Shown: positions 47,467-56,144 of the stretch, piece by piece
Position numbering within the stretch: position 1 is the stretch's first letter
Layout of the letters: every line of letters starts with the position of its first letter
NCBI GenBank assembly: GCA_016188005.1
Contig: JACPIQ010000095.1
Coordinates: 13,066-77,065, forward strand
DNA from: Candidatus Rokuibacteriota bacterium
GTDB lineage: Bacteria > Methylomirabilota > Methylomirabilia > Rokubacteriales > CSP1-6
Direction of reading: 5' to 3'
DNA length: 64,000 nucleotides
Program-made: the position numbers and the translations under genes
The notes under the pieces: generated by a model
What the model was told of the DNA's origin: nothing
What the model saw: only the letters and a program-made list of their open reading frames with translations
The model's database searches: none

Positions 47467-48714
47467 CTAGCGGGGGATCAGGGAGGCGCCCGCGCCGCCG
47501 GCTGCCGTGAGCAGGACGACGAGCCAGGCCGGCGCTTTCCAGAACGCCAGCATGCCGAAGGCTGCTAGGGCGAGGGCCACATCGGCCGGGGCCCGGATCG
47601 CGCTCGTCCATACCGGCTGGTACAGGGCGGCCAAGAGGAGCCCGACCACGGCTGCATTGATGCCGCGGAGCGCCGCCTGGAAGCCCGATCGGCCGCGGAG
47701 GTCATCCCAGAAGGGGAGCGCCCCGATGATCAGGAGGAAGGAGGGCAGGAACACCGCCGCCAGGGCCAGCGCGGCGCCCGCGACCCCGCTGGGCGCTGGT
47801 GCCATCACCGCGCCGAGGTAGGCGGCGAAAGTGAAGAGGGGGCCGGGCACGGCCTGGGCGGCGCCATAGCCAGCGACGAACTGCTCGCCCGCCACCCAGC
47901 CGGGCGGGACGACCTCGGCCTGGAGGAGCGGGAGGACCACGTGGCCCCCGCCGAAGACCAGAGATCCGGCGCGGAAGAAGCTCTCGAACACCGCCAGCGC
48001 GTGGCTCGGCACGAGCTGGCGCGCGATCGGCAGCGCGACCAGCAGGCCAAAGAACAGCACGAGCGCGGAGGTGCCCAGCCGGCGGCTGACAGGCGGTGGC
48101 GCCTGCGCGGAGGCGGGGGGGCCGGTGCCTGGCAGCAGCCGCAACCCCACGAGGGCCGCGACCCCGATGATGGTGACCTGCCCGATGCCTGTGGGCCACA
48201 GGACGGCCCCGATGGCGGACAGGAGCGCGATGGTGGCCCGCCCGCGGTCCGGCGCGAGCGCTCGCGCCATTCCCCAGACCGCCAGGGCCACGACGGCGAC
48301 AGCGACCACCTTGAGTCCGTGCAGCCAGCCGGCATCAGCCACCCCGAGCCCGCGCATGCCGTAGGCGAAGGCCACCAGCGCGATGGCCGAGGGCAACGTG
48401 AAGCCGAGCCAGGCCGCCAGGCCGCCCACCAGGCCCGCCCGCGACACGCCGATGGCGATGCCGACCTGGCTGCTGGCCGGGCCGGGGAGGAACTGGCAGA
48501 GCGCCACCAGATCAGCGTATGTCGCCTCATCGAGCCACCGGCGCCGGACCACGTACTCCTCGCGGAAATAGCCGAGGTGCGCGATCGGGCCGCCGAACGA
48601 GGTCAGCCCCAGGCGCGCCGCGATGCCCAGCACCTCCGGGACATGGGAGGCGTGTCGCCGCCACGCGGGGCCGGCCTGCGCTTCCGCGCCCGGCGCCGCG
48701 TCCTGCCCGCTCAC
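47467..48714 (-). CDS. chrA: Chromate efflux transporter
   Basis: LGLTSFGGPIAHLGYF, CQFLPGPASSQ, GSLVFGGGHVVLPLL, AQAVPGPLFT. Confidence 0.95.
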   Translation of the reverse strand: MSGQDAAPGAEAQAGPAWRRHASHVPEVLGIAARLGLTSFGGPIAHLGYFREEYVVRRRWLDEATYADLVALCQFLPGPASSQVGIAIGVSRAGLVGGLAAWLGFTLPSAIALVAFAYGMRGLGVADAGWLHGLKVVAVAVVALAVWGMARALAPDRGRATIALLSAIGAVLWPTGIGQVTIIGVAALVGLRLLPGTGPPASAQAPPPVSRRLGTSALVLFFGLLVALPIARQLVPSHALAVFESFFRAGSLVFGGGHVVLPLLQAEVVPPGWVAGEQFVAGYGAAQAVPGPLFTFAAYLGAVMAPAPSGVAGAALALAAVFLPSFLLIIGALPFWDDLRGRSGFQAALRGINAAVVGLLLAALYQPVWTSAIRAPADVALALAAFGMLAFWKAPAWLVVLLTAAGGAGASLIPR

Positions 48715-49100
48715 CGGCGAGCGACTCCGCTCTTGTGTCGCCGTCCGCGCGCCCCGCTCGACGAAGGCCGGGAGGGCAACGGCGGAGACGAGGGCTGGCG
48801 GGGCGGCCCGAGCACCTCCCCCACCAGCTCCATGACTTGCCTGCGCGCGGCGGCCAGCGCCCGCTGGCCGCGGGCGGTGCTCGTGTAGTACTTGCGGACC
48901 CGTCCGCCCACCACGCGCGCCTCCAGGCGGAGGTATCCAGCCTCGGCCAGACCGTGGAGGATCGGGTAGAGCGTGCCCGGGCTCAGCGCGTACCCGTGGC
49001 GCCGGAGCTCCTCGATCAGCGAGAGCCCGAAGACGGGCTGCTCCGCCGCATGGTGGAGGACGTGGATCCGGACGAAGCCGAGGAAGAAGTCACGGAACAT
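48711..49100 (-). CDS. PadR-family transcriptional regulator
   Basis: IHVLHHA, SPGTLYPILH, RKYYTSTARG. Overlaps the chrA start. Confidence 0.9.
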   Translation of the reverse strand: MFRDFFLGFVRIHVLHHAAEQPVFGLSLIEELRRHGYALSPGTLYPILHGLAEAGYLRLEARVVGGRVRKYYTSTARGQRALAAARRQVMELVGEVLGPPRQPSSPPLPSRPSSSGARGRRHKSGVARR

Positions 49101-49249
49101 TTACGCTGGCCGATATCGGCAATACGTATAGCATCCGCCACCTGCCGGTGCAAGTCCGGCGAACGGGAGCGCCCGAGAGGGCATTGCCAGGACACAGCCG
49201 CTCATGTATCGTATGCCGATAACGAAGACCGATAAACAGGAGCCCGCCC

Positions 49250-50044
49250 GTGGACTACGTGGTGATCTGCGGGGCAGCGCTGATCGTGGCCGCCCTGACA
49301 CTGTTCTCCGGCTTCGGCCTGGGGACCCTCCTGATGCCCGTGTTCGCCCTGTTCTTTCCCGTCCAGGTGGCCGTCGCGGCGACGGCATGCGTCCACCTGG
49401 CCAACAACATCTTCAAGGTGTTCCTGGTGGGCCGGCATGCCGACTTCGCGGTCGTCGCGAGATTCGGCCTCCCGGCCGCCCTGGCCGCCGTGGGCGGGGC
49501 GCTGCTCCTGGAGCGCCTCGCGGGCGCCGAGCCGCTCGCGCGGTACAGCCTCGGCCAGGGCACCCACGTCGTGACACCGGTGAAGCTCCTGGTCGCCGCG
49601 CTGATCGTCGCCTTCGCCGCGCTGGAGCTGATGCCACGCTTCGCCACGTTCGCCTTCGACAGGAAGCTCATCCCGCTGGGCGGAGCGCTGTCGGGTTTCT
49701 TCGGCGGCCTGTCCGGTCACCAGGGCGCCCTGCGCACCGCCTTCTTGATCCGCGCGGGTCTCGCGAAGGAGGCCTTCATCGGCACGATGGTCCTGTCGGC
49801 CGTCGTGGTCGACGTCTCCCGCCTCATCGTCTACGGGCGCGCCGGCCTGGCCGGCTCCCTCGGGGCCGTCGCCGGGAGCGGCGCCAGCGTCTGGGGCCTC
49901 GTGGCGGCCGGGTCGCTGGCCGCCTTCGCGGGCTCGCTCATCGGCGCGCGCCTGGTGAAGAGCGTCACCATGCACACCATCCAGGGGCTTGTCGGGGCGC
50001 TCCTGCTGCTGCTGGGGATCGCGCTGGGGACGGGGCTCGTCTGA
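49250..50044 (+). CDS. TauE/SafE-family sulfite exporter-like membrane protein
   Basis: SGFGLGTLLMP, GFFGGLSGHQGALR, duplicated transmembrane halves. Confidence 0.85.
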   Translation: MDYVVICGAALIVAALTLFSGFGLGTLLMPVFALFFPVQVAVAATACVHLANNIFKVFLVGRHADFAVVARFGLPAALAAVGGALLLERLAGAEPLARYSLGQGTHVVTPVKLLVAALIVAFAALELMPRFATFAFDRKLIPLGGALSGFFGGLSGHQGALRTAFLIRAGLAKEAFIGTMVLSAVVVDVSRLIVYGRAGLAGSLGAVAGSGASVWGLVAAGSLAAFAGSLIGARLVKSVTMHTIQGLVGALLLLLGIALGTGLV

Positions 50045-50066
50045 GCGCCCATCCATTCCCCCGCGC

Positions 50067-51077
50067 TTACGCCGGGTCTGCGGGGAGCCGCGTCAGGAGG
50101 TCGCGCAGCATCTCGAGGCCGCCGCGGTCGAGCGCGCGGTACGAGACGATCACCTCCACGTCAGGGGGCAGCCTGCCGGCCATCCGGGTCGCGCCCTGCT
50201 CCGAGCACACCACCGTGCGCGTCCGGGCGAGCATGCGGTCGATTGACCAGGGATCGTCCACGGAGGCGAGCACGGGTGTCAGGTGCGACAGGCCGGCTGC
50301 CTGGAGGGAGCGGAGCAGATTCTGACTGCCGGTGGCCGTGTTGCAGACGAGCCCGACGGTGGTGCCCTCCGGCAGCTCGGTGAGTCGCAGCAGGGCCGAG
50401 ATATTGGCTTCGGAGAGCAGCGCCACCACCGGCGGCCCGTCCGGCCCCACCATGTGCTTGACCTCGTGGACGTGGAAGAAGGTCGTGACCACGATCCGGT
50501 AGCCCCCGAGGTCGCCGGTCTCCTGGGTCAGTCGGTCCGGCAGCTCGTCCACGAGGATCCGGTCCACGCTGAGCGGCAGCGCGGCCTCGATCTCATCGCG
50601 GTAGCGATTGAGCTCCTCCCAGTTGCACTCGACGAGGAGCGCACGCGCCCTGACGGGCGTGCCCGGGCGGCCCCTGTCACCGGGGCCCCGGGCGGCCACG
50701 GTGGCGAGCACCTCGTCCTGGGTGAAGCCGAGCTGGCGCGCGCGCGCGAGCATCTCGGCGACCAGGCGCTCGAGCGAGAGCGCGGCCCGCCCCTCCCGTG
50801 ACGGTGAGCGCTCCACCACGAAGGTGCCGCGGCCCGGGCGGCTCTCGAGATAGCCGTCCCTGTGCAGGTCGGCGAGCGCCCGGGCCGCGGTGTTCCGGTT
50901 GATCCTGAGGAAGCCGGCGAGCTGGCGCACCGTCGGCAGCTGCATGCCGGACCTGAGCCCGCCGGTCTCGATCAGATGGCGGATCTGGGTCGTGAGCTGC
51001 GCATGCACCGATACCGCGCTCTGGCGGTTGACCCGGAGGCTCGGGGGCGGTGTGATCTGCGCGGGCTCACGAACCAT
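50067..51077 (-). CDS. GntR-family regulator with a large C-terminal domain
   Basis: LPTVRQLAGFLRINRNTAARA..L..DGYL..RPGRGTFV HTH. C-terminal VTTFFHVHEV domain not assigned. Confidence 0.88.
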   Translation of the reverse strand: MVREPAQITPPPSLRVNRQSAVSVHAQLTTQIRHLIETGGLRSGMQLPTVRQLAGFLRINRNTAARALADLHRDGYLESRPGRGTFVVERSPSREGRAALSLERLVAEMLARARQLGFTQDEVLATVAARGPGDRGRPGTPVRARALLVECNWEELNRYRDEIEAALPLSVDRILVDELPDRLTQETGDLGGYRIVVTTFFHVHEVKHMVGPDGPPVVALLSEANISALLRLTELPEGTTVGLVCNTATGSQNLLRSLQAAGLSHLTPVLASVDDPWSIDRMLARTRTVVCSEQGATRMAGRLPPDVEVIVSYRALDRGGLEMLRDLLTRLPADPA

Positions 51078-51089
51078 CGATCGGGTTCC

Positions 51090-51299
51090 CTAGGCCGTGG
51101 CGGCGCGCTTGGGCTCGCCGGCAGCGCGCGGGGCGTGCCCCGCCAGCCATCGCCCGATCCTGATCAGGCTGAGCCCCAGGAAGACCCGCACCGGCCGGCG
51201 CGCGGGTCGGAGAGACTGAAGGACGGCCTGTCGGGCCGCGAATGCCCGGGCCTCCTCAAGCCGCTCTCTGACCAGCCAGGCCTCCAGGTGCGTGTTCAT
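51090..51299 (-). CDS. Small hypothetical protein (69 aa) upstream of the GntR gene
   Basis: ATG with AGGAGG SD, sequence MNTHLEAWLVRERLEEAR..LGLSLIRIGRWL, and a promoter upstream. Confidence 0.7.
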   Translation of the reverse strand: MNTHLEAWLVRERLEEARAFAARQAVLQSLRPARRPVRVFLGLSLIRIGRWLAGHAPRAAGEPKRAATA

Positions 51300-51353
51300 C
51301 GTCGTTCCTCCTTCTGGCCCATCGCTTTCGGGTCGGGCCATGTGGTTCTCTTA

Positions 51354-51392
51354 TGTCCTAGTACACTATGACACTCTATTGGATGCTGTCAA
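51354..51392 (-). promoter_or_regulatory. Promoter and palindromic GntR-type operator
   Basis: TTGACA-N18-TAGTGT on the minus strand. TGTC-C-TAGT-AC-ACTA-T-GACA palindrome (51354-51373) overlaps the -10. Confidence 0.7.
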
Positions 51393-51500
51393 CCACTAAG
51401 TCGTCGCGTCCCTATGACACTTCCTAAACTACGTACTCTAGAGGCTTTACTACCCTTGTCTCATTCACGCCATGGGCCGGGCGTGCCCATTTTCTCCTCA

Positions 51501-51528
51501 GGAACTTCCCGATGGCGCTAAGGTCTAA
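51501..51528 (+). promoter_or_regulatory. ECF (sigmaE-like) promoter
   Basis: GGAACTT-N15-GTCTAA immediately upstream of the ECF gene. Confidence 0.75.
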
Positions 51529-51530
51529 CC

Positions 51531-52091
51531 GTGACGGAGGAGGCCCCGAGAGATGAGGAGAGGATGGTGGCGCGACTCCGCGCCGGTGAGGCGGAGGCCT
51601 TCGAGGATCTGGTGAAGCGCTACCAGCACAGGGTATTCGGCGTGGCGCTCCGGATGCTCGGCAGCCAAGCCGAGGCCGAGGAGATCGCCCAGGAGGTGTT
51701 CCTACGGGTGCACCAGAGCATCGCTGGCTTCCGGGGAGACTCGAAGCTCTCGACCTGGCTCTATGCCATCGCCTCTCGCCTCTGTCTGAACCGTCTGGCC
51801 ACGGCCGAGCGGCGGATGGGCCGTCGCGGGGAGGAGGCGCTTGGCCGCCTCAGCGCGACGGGCGCAGGGCCGGCTGGGGACCTTGAGCGCAGCGAGGTCG
51901 AGGCCGCGCTGTCACGGGCCATCGCCGAGCTGCCGGAGGACCGGCGCATCGTGGTGGTGCTGCGCGATCTGGAAGGGCTCTCGTACGAGGAGATCGCCCA
52001 GGCGCTCGCGCTCGAGCTGGGCACGGTTCGGTCGCGGCTGCACCGGGCGCGGATGGACCTCAAGGAGAAGCTGGAGCGCTTCTTTCCATGA
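51531..52091 (+). CDS. ECF RNA polymerase sigma factor
   Basis: AEEIAQEVFLRV, KLSTWLYAIA, region 4 LSYEEIA..GTVRSRLHRAR. Alternative start ATG 51564. Confidence 0.95.
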   Translation: MTEEAPRDEERMVARLRAGEAEAFEDLVKRYQHRVFGVALRMLGSQAEAEEIAQEVFLRVHQSIAGFRGDSKLSTWLYAIASRLCLNRLATAERRMGRRGEEALGRLSATGAGPAGDLERSEVEAALSRAIAELPEDRRIVVVLRDLEGLSYEEIAQALALELGTVRSRLHRARMDLKEKLERFFP

Positions 52092-53065
52092 CCTGCCACG
52101 ACGCGCGCGAGCACTTCTCGGCGCTCCTGGACGAGGCCCTCGCAGGCCAGGAGCGGGCCGCCGTGGACCGTCACCTGGAAGGTTGCGCGGAGTGCCGCCA
52201 AGAGCTCGGGCGCTTCCAGCGCACCGTGGCTCTGATCCATGGGCTGGCGCCGGCGCGTGCCCCCGTCGGCTTCGTGGACCGAGTGCTCGCGGCGGCGCGA
52301 CCGACCTCGTGGCACGAGCGCGTTGGCCGGCGTCTGCTCGGGCCCTGGCGCCAGAGGGTCCCGCTGGGGGCCGCGGCCCTCCTGCTTGTCGCCGGCGCGG
52401 CTGTCTACGTCTTTCAGAAGACGCCCGAGCTCCAGCAGGCGGCTCGCCCGGAAGCCCCAGTGGCGCCGCCTCCTGTCGCGCCCTCGCCGGCCGTACCCCC
52501 GAAAACGGCCCCGGTCACGCCCGAGGCGGCTCCGGCTCAAGCCCGGCCGGTTCCGGCGCCTCCCGCCGCAAGGAGCAAGGTCGCGGAACGAGCGCGGGAC
52601 AAGGTAGGGGCCGTCACGGCTCCGCCCCGAAGTGATGAGGAGAGCCGGGTCGGCAAGAAGGGCGAGAGCCAGGAGGGAGCGGCCCCGCGCGCGGAGCAGC
52701 CGGCCACCTCCGGCGCCGCCGCGGAACCCGAGGCCGCGCCAAAGGAGCAGAAGGATGCGTCCCGGCAGAGTCCGGCGGCCACGGTGCCGGCAGCGATCCA
52801 GGGGGCCCCGGAGATCATGGGCCGGCTGGCGGTGGCCGACCGCGCCGAGGCCATGCGAGCCCTGACCGAGCTGGCCGCCAGGGTGGGGGCCAGCGAGGCC
52901 TCCCGGCCCGCGGAGGGTGACGAGAGTTTCATCGAGCTCTGGCTGCCCCGCGAGGCTTATCCCGCGCTGGTCGAGGGCCTGGGGCGCATCGGCCGGTGGA
53001 CGGTCGAGCGCGAGCCCACCCCGCTCCCCGCCCGGCTCCGCATCGGCATCCGGCTCACCGGCTGA
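52088..53065 (+). CDS. Zinc-finger anti-sigma factor
   Basis: MTC..HLEGCAEC (HxxxCxxC), one transmembrane helix, Pro/Ala-rich periplasmic region. Confidence 0.9.
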   Translation: MTCHDAREHFSALLDEALAGQERAAVDRHLEGCAECRQELGRFQRTVALIHGLAPARAPVGFVDRVLAAARPTSWHERVGRRLLGPWRQRVPLGAAALLLVAGAAVYVFQKTPELQQAARPEAPVAPPPVAPSPAVPPKTAPVTPEAAPAQARPVPAPPAARSKVAERARDKVGAVTAPPRSDEESRVGKKGESQEGAAPRAEQPATSGAAAEPEAAPKEQKDASRQSPAATVPAAIQGAPEIMGRLAVADRAEAMRALTELAARVGASEASRPAEGDESFIELWLPREAYPALVEGLGRIGRWTVEREPTPLPARLRIGIRLTG

Positions 53066-53076
53066 CAGTTCATCCG

Positions 53077-53104
53077 GGAACTTTCCCGGCCTCGTCCTGT
53101 CCTA
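53077..53104 (+). promoter_or_regulatory. Second ECF promoter, upstream of the DUF4139 gene
   Basis: GGAACTT-N15-GTCCTA, same spacing as 51501-51528. Confidence 0.7.
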
Positions 53105-53148
53105 CCGGGCAGAGGCACCAGAGCCCGATCAGACAGGAGGACGGATCC

Positions 53149-54558
53149 ATGAAGACGCGATGGCTGGCACTCACCCTGCTGTGCGCTCTTGCAGTCGCTC
53201 CGGCGGCCGCCGCAGGGCCTCTCCCCATCACCCGCCAGACACAGAAGGAGGTCATGGTGACGATCTACAACGGCAACCTGGGCCTCGTGAAGGACCTCCG
53301 CGAGGTCCGCCTCCCGGCGGGCATGATCGAGGTCCACTTCATGGACGTGGCCGCGCAGATCGATCCCACCACGGTCCATCTCAAGTCCCTCACCGATCCC
53401 GCCGGGCTCAAGATCCTCGAGCAGAACTACGAGTACGACCTCCTGTCGAGCCAGAAGCTCATGGAGAAATACGTCGGCCGGAAGGTGCGGCTCTACCAGG
53501 GGAACGGCTCCTATCAGGAGGCGACCCTGCTCTCGACCAACGGCCCCGTCTACGAGATCAACGGGCAGATCCACATGGGTCACTACGGCAACGTCGTGCT
53601 GCCCGCGCTGCCGGAGAACCTCGTCTCCCAGCCCACGCTGGCGTGGCTCCTGCGCAGCCAGGCCGACCGCTTGCAGCGCGTCGAGGCCTCGTACCTCACC
53701 GGCGGGATCAACTGGAAGGCCGACTACGTCATGGTGATCAACTCCGCTGACACGCGGACGGACGTCACCGGGTGGGTGACCGTCAACAACCGAAGTGGGG
53801 CCAGCTACGGCAATGCCACGCTCAAGCTCGTCGCGGGCGACGTGAACCGGGCCGCGGACCGGCCTCGCCAGGGGCGGGTGCTCGAGATCGCGGCCAAGGC
53901 CACCTCGCTGGCCGATGCCCGTCGCGAGTTCGCCTCCGAGGGCTTCTTCGAGTACCACCTCTACACGCTGGACGGCCGGACGACGATCAAGGACAACCAG
54001 ACCAAGCAGCTCGCCCTGATGTCGGCCGCCGAGGTGCCCGTCGAGAAGCAGCTCCTCTACTACGGGGCCGAGGAGTACTACCGCAACGCCTACGGCATGC
54101 CCATCTCGACGCAGAAGGTCCAGGTCTACCTCCAGCTGCGCAACAGCAAGGAGAACCGCCTCGGGGTGCCCCTGCCCAAGGGCAAGATCCGGGTCTACAA
54201 GGCCGACAGGTCCGGCAGCCAGCAGTTCATCGGCGAGGACTGGATCGACCACACGCCCAAGGACGAGCGCGTCAAGATCAAGATGGGCAACGCCTTCGAC
54301 GTGGTCGCCGAGCGCACCCAGAAGGACTGGCGGAAGATCGCCCCCGGCCTCTACGAGGTGGAGTGGGAGATCGCGCTCCGCAACCACAAGAAGGAGGAGC
54401 AGACCGTGACGGTCATCGAGCCCGTGCCCGGCGACTGGCAGGTGCTCCACGCCAGCCACCGCGGCGACAAGGTCGAGGCCCACACGCTCCGGTTCCAGGT
54501 GCCGGTGGGGCCCGAGGGGGCGGCCAAGCTCACCTACCGTGTCCGCCTGAGGTTCTAG
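53149..54558 (+). CDS. DUF4139-domain exported protein
   Basis: Signal peptide, VTIYNGNLGLVKD, LEQNYEYDL, YLTGGINWKADY, YHLYTL, PLPKGKIRVY. AGGAGG SD. Confidence 0.85.
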   Translation: MKTRWLALTLLCALAVAPAAAAGPLPITRQTQKEVMVTIYNGNLGLVKDLREVRLPAGMIEVHFMDVAAQIDPTTVHLKSLTDPAGLKILEQNYEYDLLSSQKLMEKYVGRKVRLYQGNGSYQEATLLSTNGPVYEINGQIHMGHYGNVVLPALPENLVSQPTLAWLLRSQADRLQRVEASYLTGGINWKADYVMVINSADTRTDVTGWVTVNNRSGASYGNATLKLVAGDVNRAADRPRQGRVLEIAAKATSLADARREFASEGFFEYHLYTLDGRTTIKDNQTKQLALMSAAEVPVEKQLLYYGAEEYYRNAYGMPISTQKVQVYLQLRNSKENRLGVPLPKGKIRVYKADRSGSQQFIGEDWIDHTPKDERVKIKMGNAFDVVAERTQKDWRKIAPGLYEVEWEIALRNHKKEEQTVTVIEPVPGDWQVLHASHRGDKVEAHTLRFQVPVGPEGAAKLTYRVRLRF

Positions 54559-54581
54559 ACGCTCACGTCCCGTCTGCACCT

Positions 54582-54631
54582 GGGGTCAGGTCTTGCATTA
54601 CGACAAGTGCTGGATTGCAAGACCTGACCCC
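54582..54631. repeat. REP/MITE-like inverted repeat, copy 1
   Basis: GGGGTCAGGTCTTGCA-18 nt-TGCAAGACCTGACCCC. Confidence 0.9.
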
Positions 54632-54749
54632 ACCGCGGGACCCGCACGCCTCGCGGGTCGCCCTTCGCGAGAGCCCCGGGCCAGCCTGGGCGGGAGGAGC
54701 CTCGCTCCCGCCCCAGGGTGCGGAGGATTCGTGGTAGGGTGAGCCTGTC

Positions 54750-56144
54750 ATGGGGTTCTCGATGTGCCGGGCCGCCGTGGTCCTTCTCGTCGTGCTCGCA
54801 TGCGCAGGCCTCGACGCCCCGCCAGCCGCAGCCCTCGAGGAGCGTGAGCGCCTCCTCCTGGTGGGCGAGCGCGCCTTCCAGGACAGGCTCCACGCCCTCT
54901 CCCGCCAGGCGCTGGAGCGTTTCCTCGAGCGCTACCCCTCTGACGCCCGCGCGCCCGAGGCCACGCTGCTCCTGGGCAAGGCGAGGCTGGCCCTCGGTGC
55001 CCTCGACGCGGCGCTGGACGCCTTCCGTCGGGCCCAGGGCTTCTCCCCGCCGCCGGGCCAGCCCGAGGAGGCCCGCTTCTGGGAAGGAGAAACGCTCTTC
55101 CGACTGCGGCGCTTCGAGGCCGCGCGCGCCGTCTACGACCGGCTCCTGGCCGACAACGCCGCCTCCCCCCTGGCTCCCGACGCGCTGTACGGCCTCGGGT
55201 GGGCGCAGCTCGAGCTCAAGCAGCGCGAGGCGGCCATCACCGCCTTCCGGCAGCTCATCGAGGCGTTCCCCGAACATTCCAGCGTTCCTTCGGCGACCGT
55301 CTATCTCGCGCGGACGCTCGTGGAGGCCAAGCGCTTCGAGGAGGCGGCCGGGCTCCTGAGCTCCTTCCCCGAGCGCCATCCCAACCACGCGCTCGTGCCC
55401 GATGCCCGCTACCTGCTGGGCTATGCGCGGGTCTCCGGGGGCCACACCTCGCAGGGGCTGGCCGACCTCCGCGCCTTCATCGCCGCCCACCCGGGGCACG
55501 AGCTGGCCGTGCAGGCCCGGCGCATGGTCGTGGCCGCCGTCGTGCGCGGGGGGCGGAAGGACGAGCTGGCCCAGGAGTACAGCAGCCTCATGGCGCAGTC
55601 CCCGCGCACGGCCGAGGCCCTGTACGACGCGGGCCTCGTGGCCTCTCAGCTCGGGCGCCCGCGCGATGCCGAGAGCGCCTGGGCGGCATTGCGGACCGAG
55701 TTCCCCAAGCACGCCCTGGCTGCCCGCGCCTCCCTCGATCTGTCGCAGAGCGCCTTCGGGCGCAGCGCCTTCAAGGACGCGCTGGCGCTGGCGCGGGCCG
55801 CGGCGCGGAGCGAGGAGGGGCCGCTCCGGGCGCAGGCCTTCCTGCTCGCCGGCGAGAGCGAGCTCAAGCTCAAGCATTACCCGCAGGCGCACCAGGCCTT
55901 CCAGTCGGCGGTGGAGTTGGCGGGCGAGGATGCGGTCGTTCGCTTCCGCGCGCTGGCCGGAAGCGGGCTGGCCCTCGAGGAGCAGGGGCAGTGGCAGCAG
56001 GCCGCGCGCCACTACGACCAGGTCGCCGCGGGCAGTCCCGACAAGGAACTCCAGCGCTGGGCGAAGGGGCGCCGCGCCGCGCTCGCCCCGAAGCTCAAGC
56101 CCGCCGCCAAGAAGCCGGCGGCCGGAAAGGCACGGAAGCCATGA
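54750..56144 (+). CDS. Exported TPR-repeat protein (BamD/CpoB-like repeats)
   Basis: Signal peptide, repeated F...YP....A..A..LLG units. Confidence 0.8.
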   Translation: MGFSMCRAAVVLLVVLACAGLDAPPAAALEERERLLLVGERAFQDRLHALSRQALERFLERYPSDARAPEATLLLGKARLALGALDAALDAFRRAQGFSPPPGQPEEARFWEGETLFRLRRFEAARAVYDRLLADNAASPLAPDALYGLGWAQLELKQREAAITAFRQLIEAFPEHSSVPSATVYLARTLVEAKRFEEAAGLLSSFPERHPNHALVPDARYLLGYARVSGGHTSQGLADLRAFIAAHPGHELAVQARRMVVAAVVRGGRKDELAQEYSSLMAQSPRTAEALYDAGLVASQLGRPRDAESAWAALRTEFPKHALAARASLDLSQSAFGRSAFKDALALARAAARSEEGPLRAQAFLLAGESELKLKHYPQAHQAFQSAVELAGEDAVVRFRALAGSGLALEEQGQWQQAARHYDQVAAGSPDKELQRWAKGRRAALAPKLKPAAKKPAAGKARKP

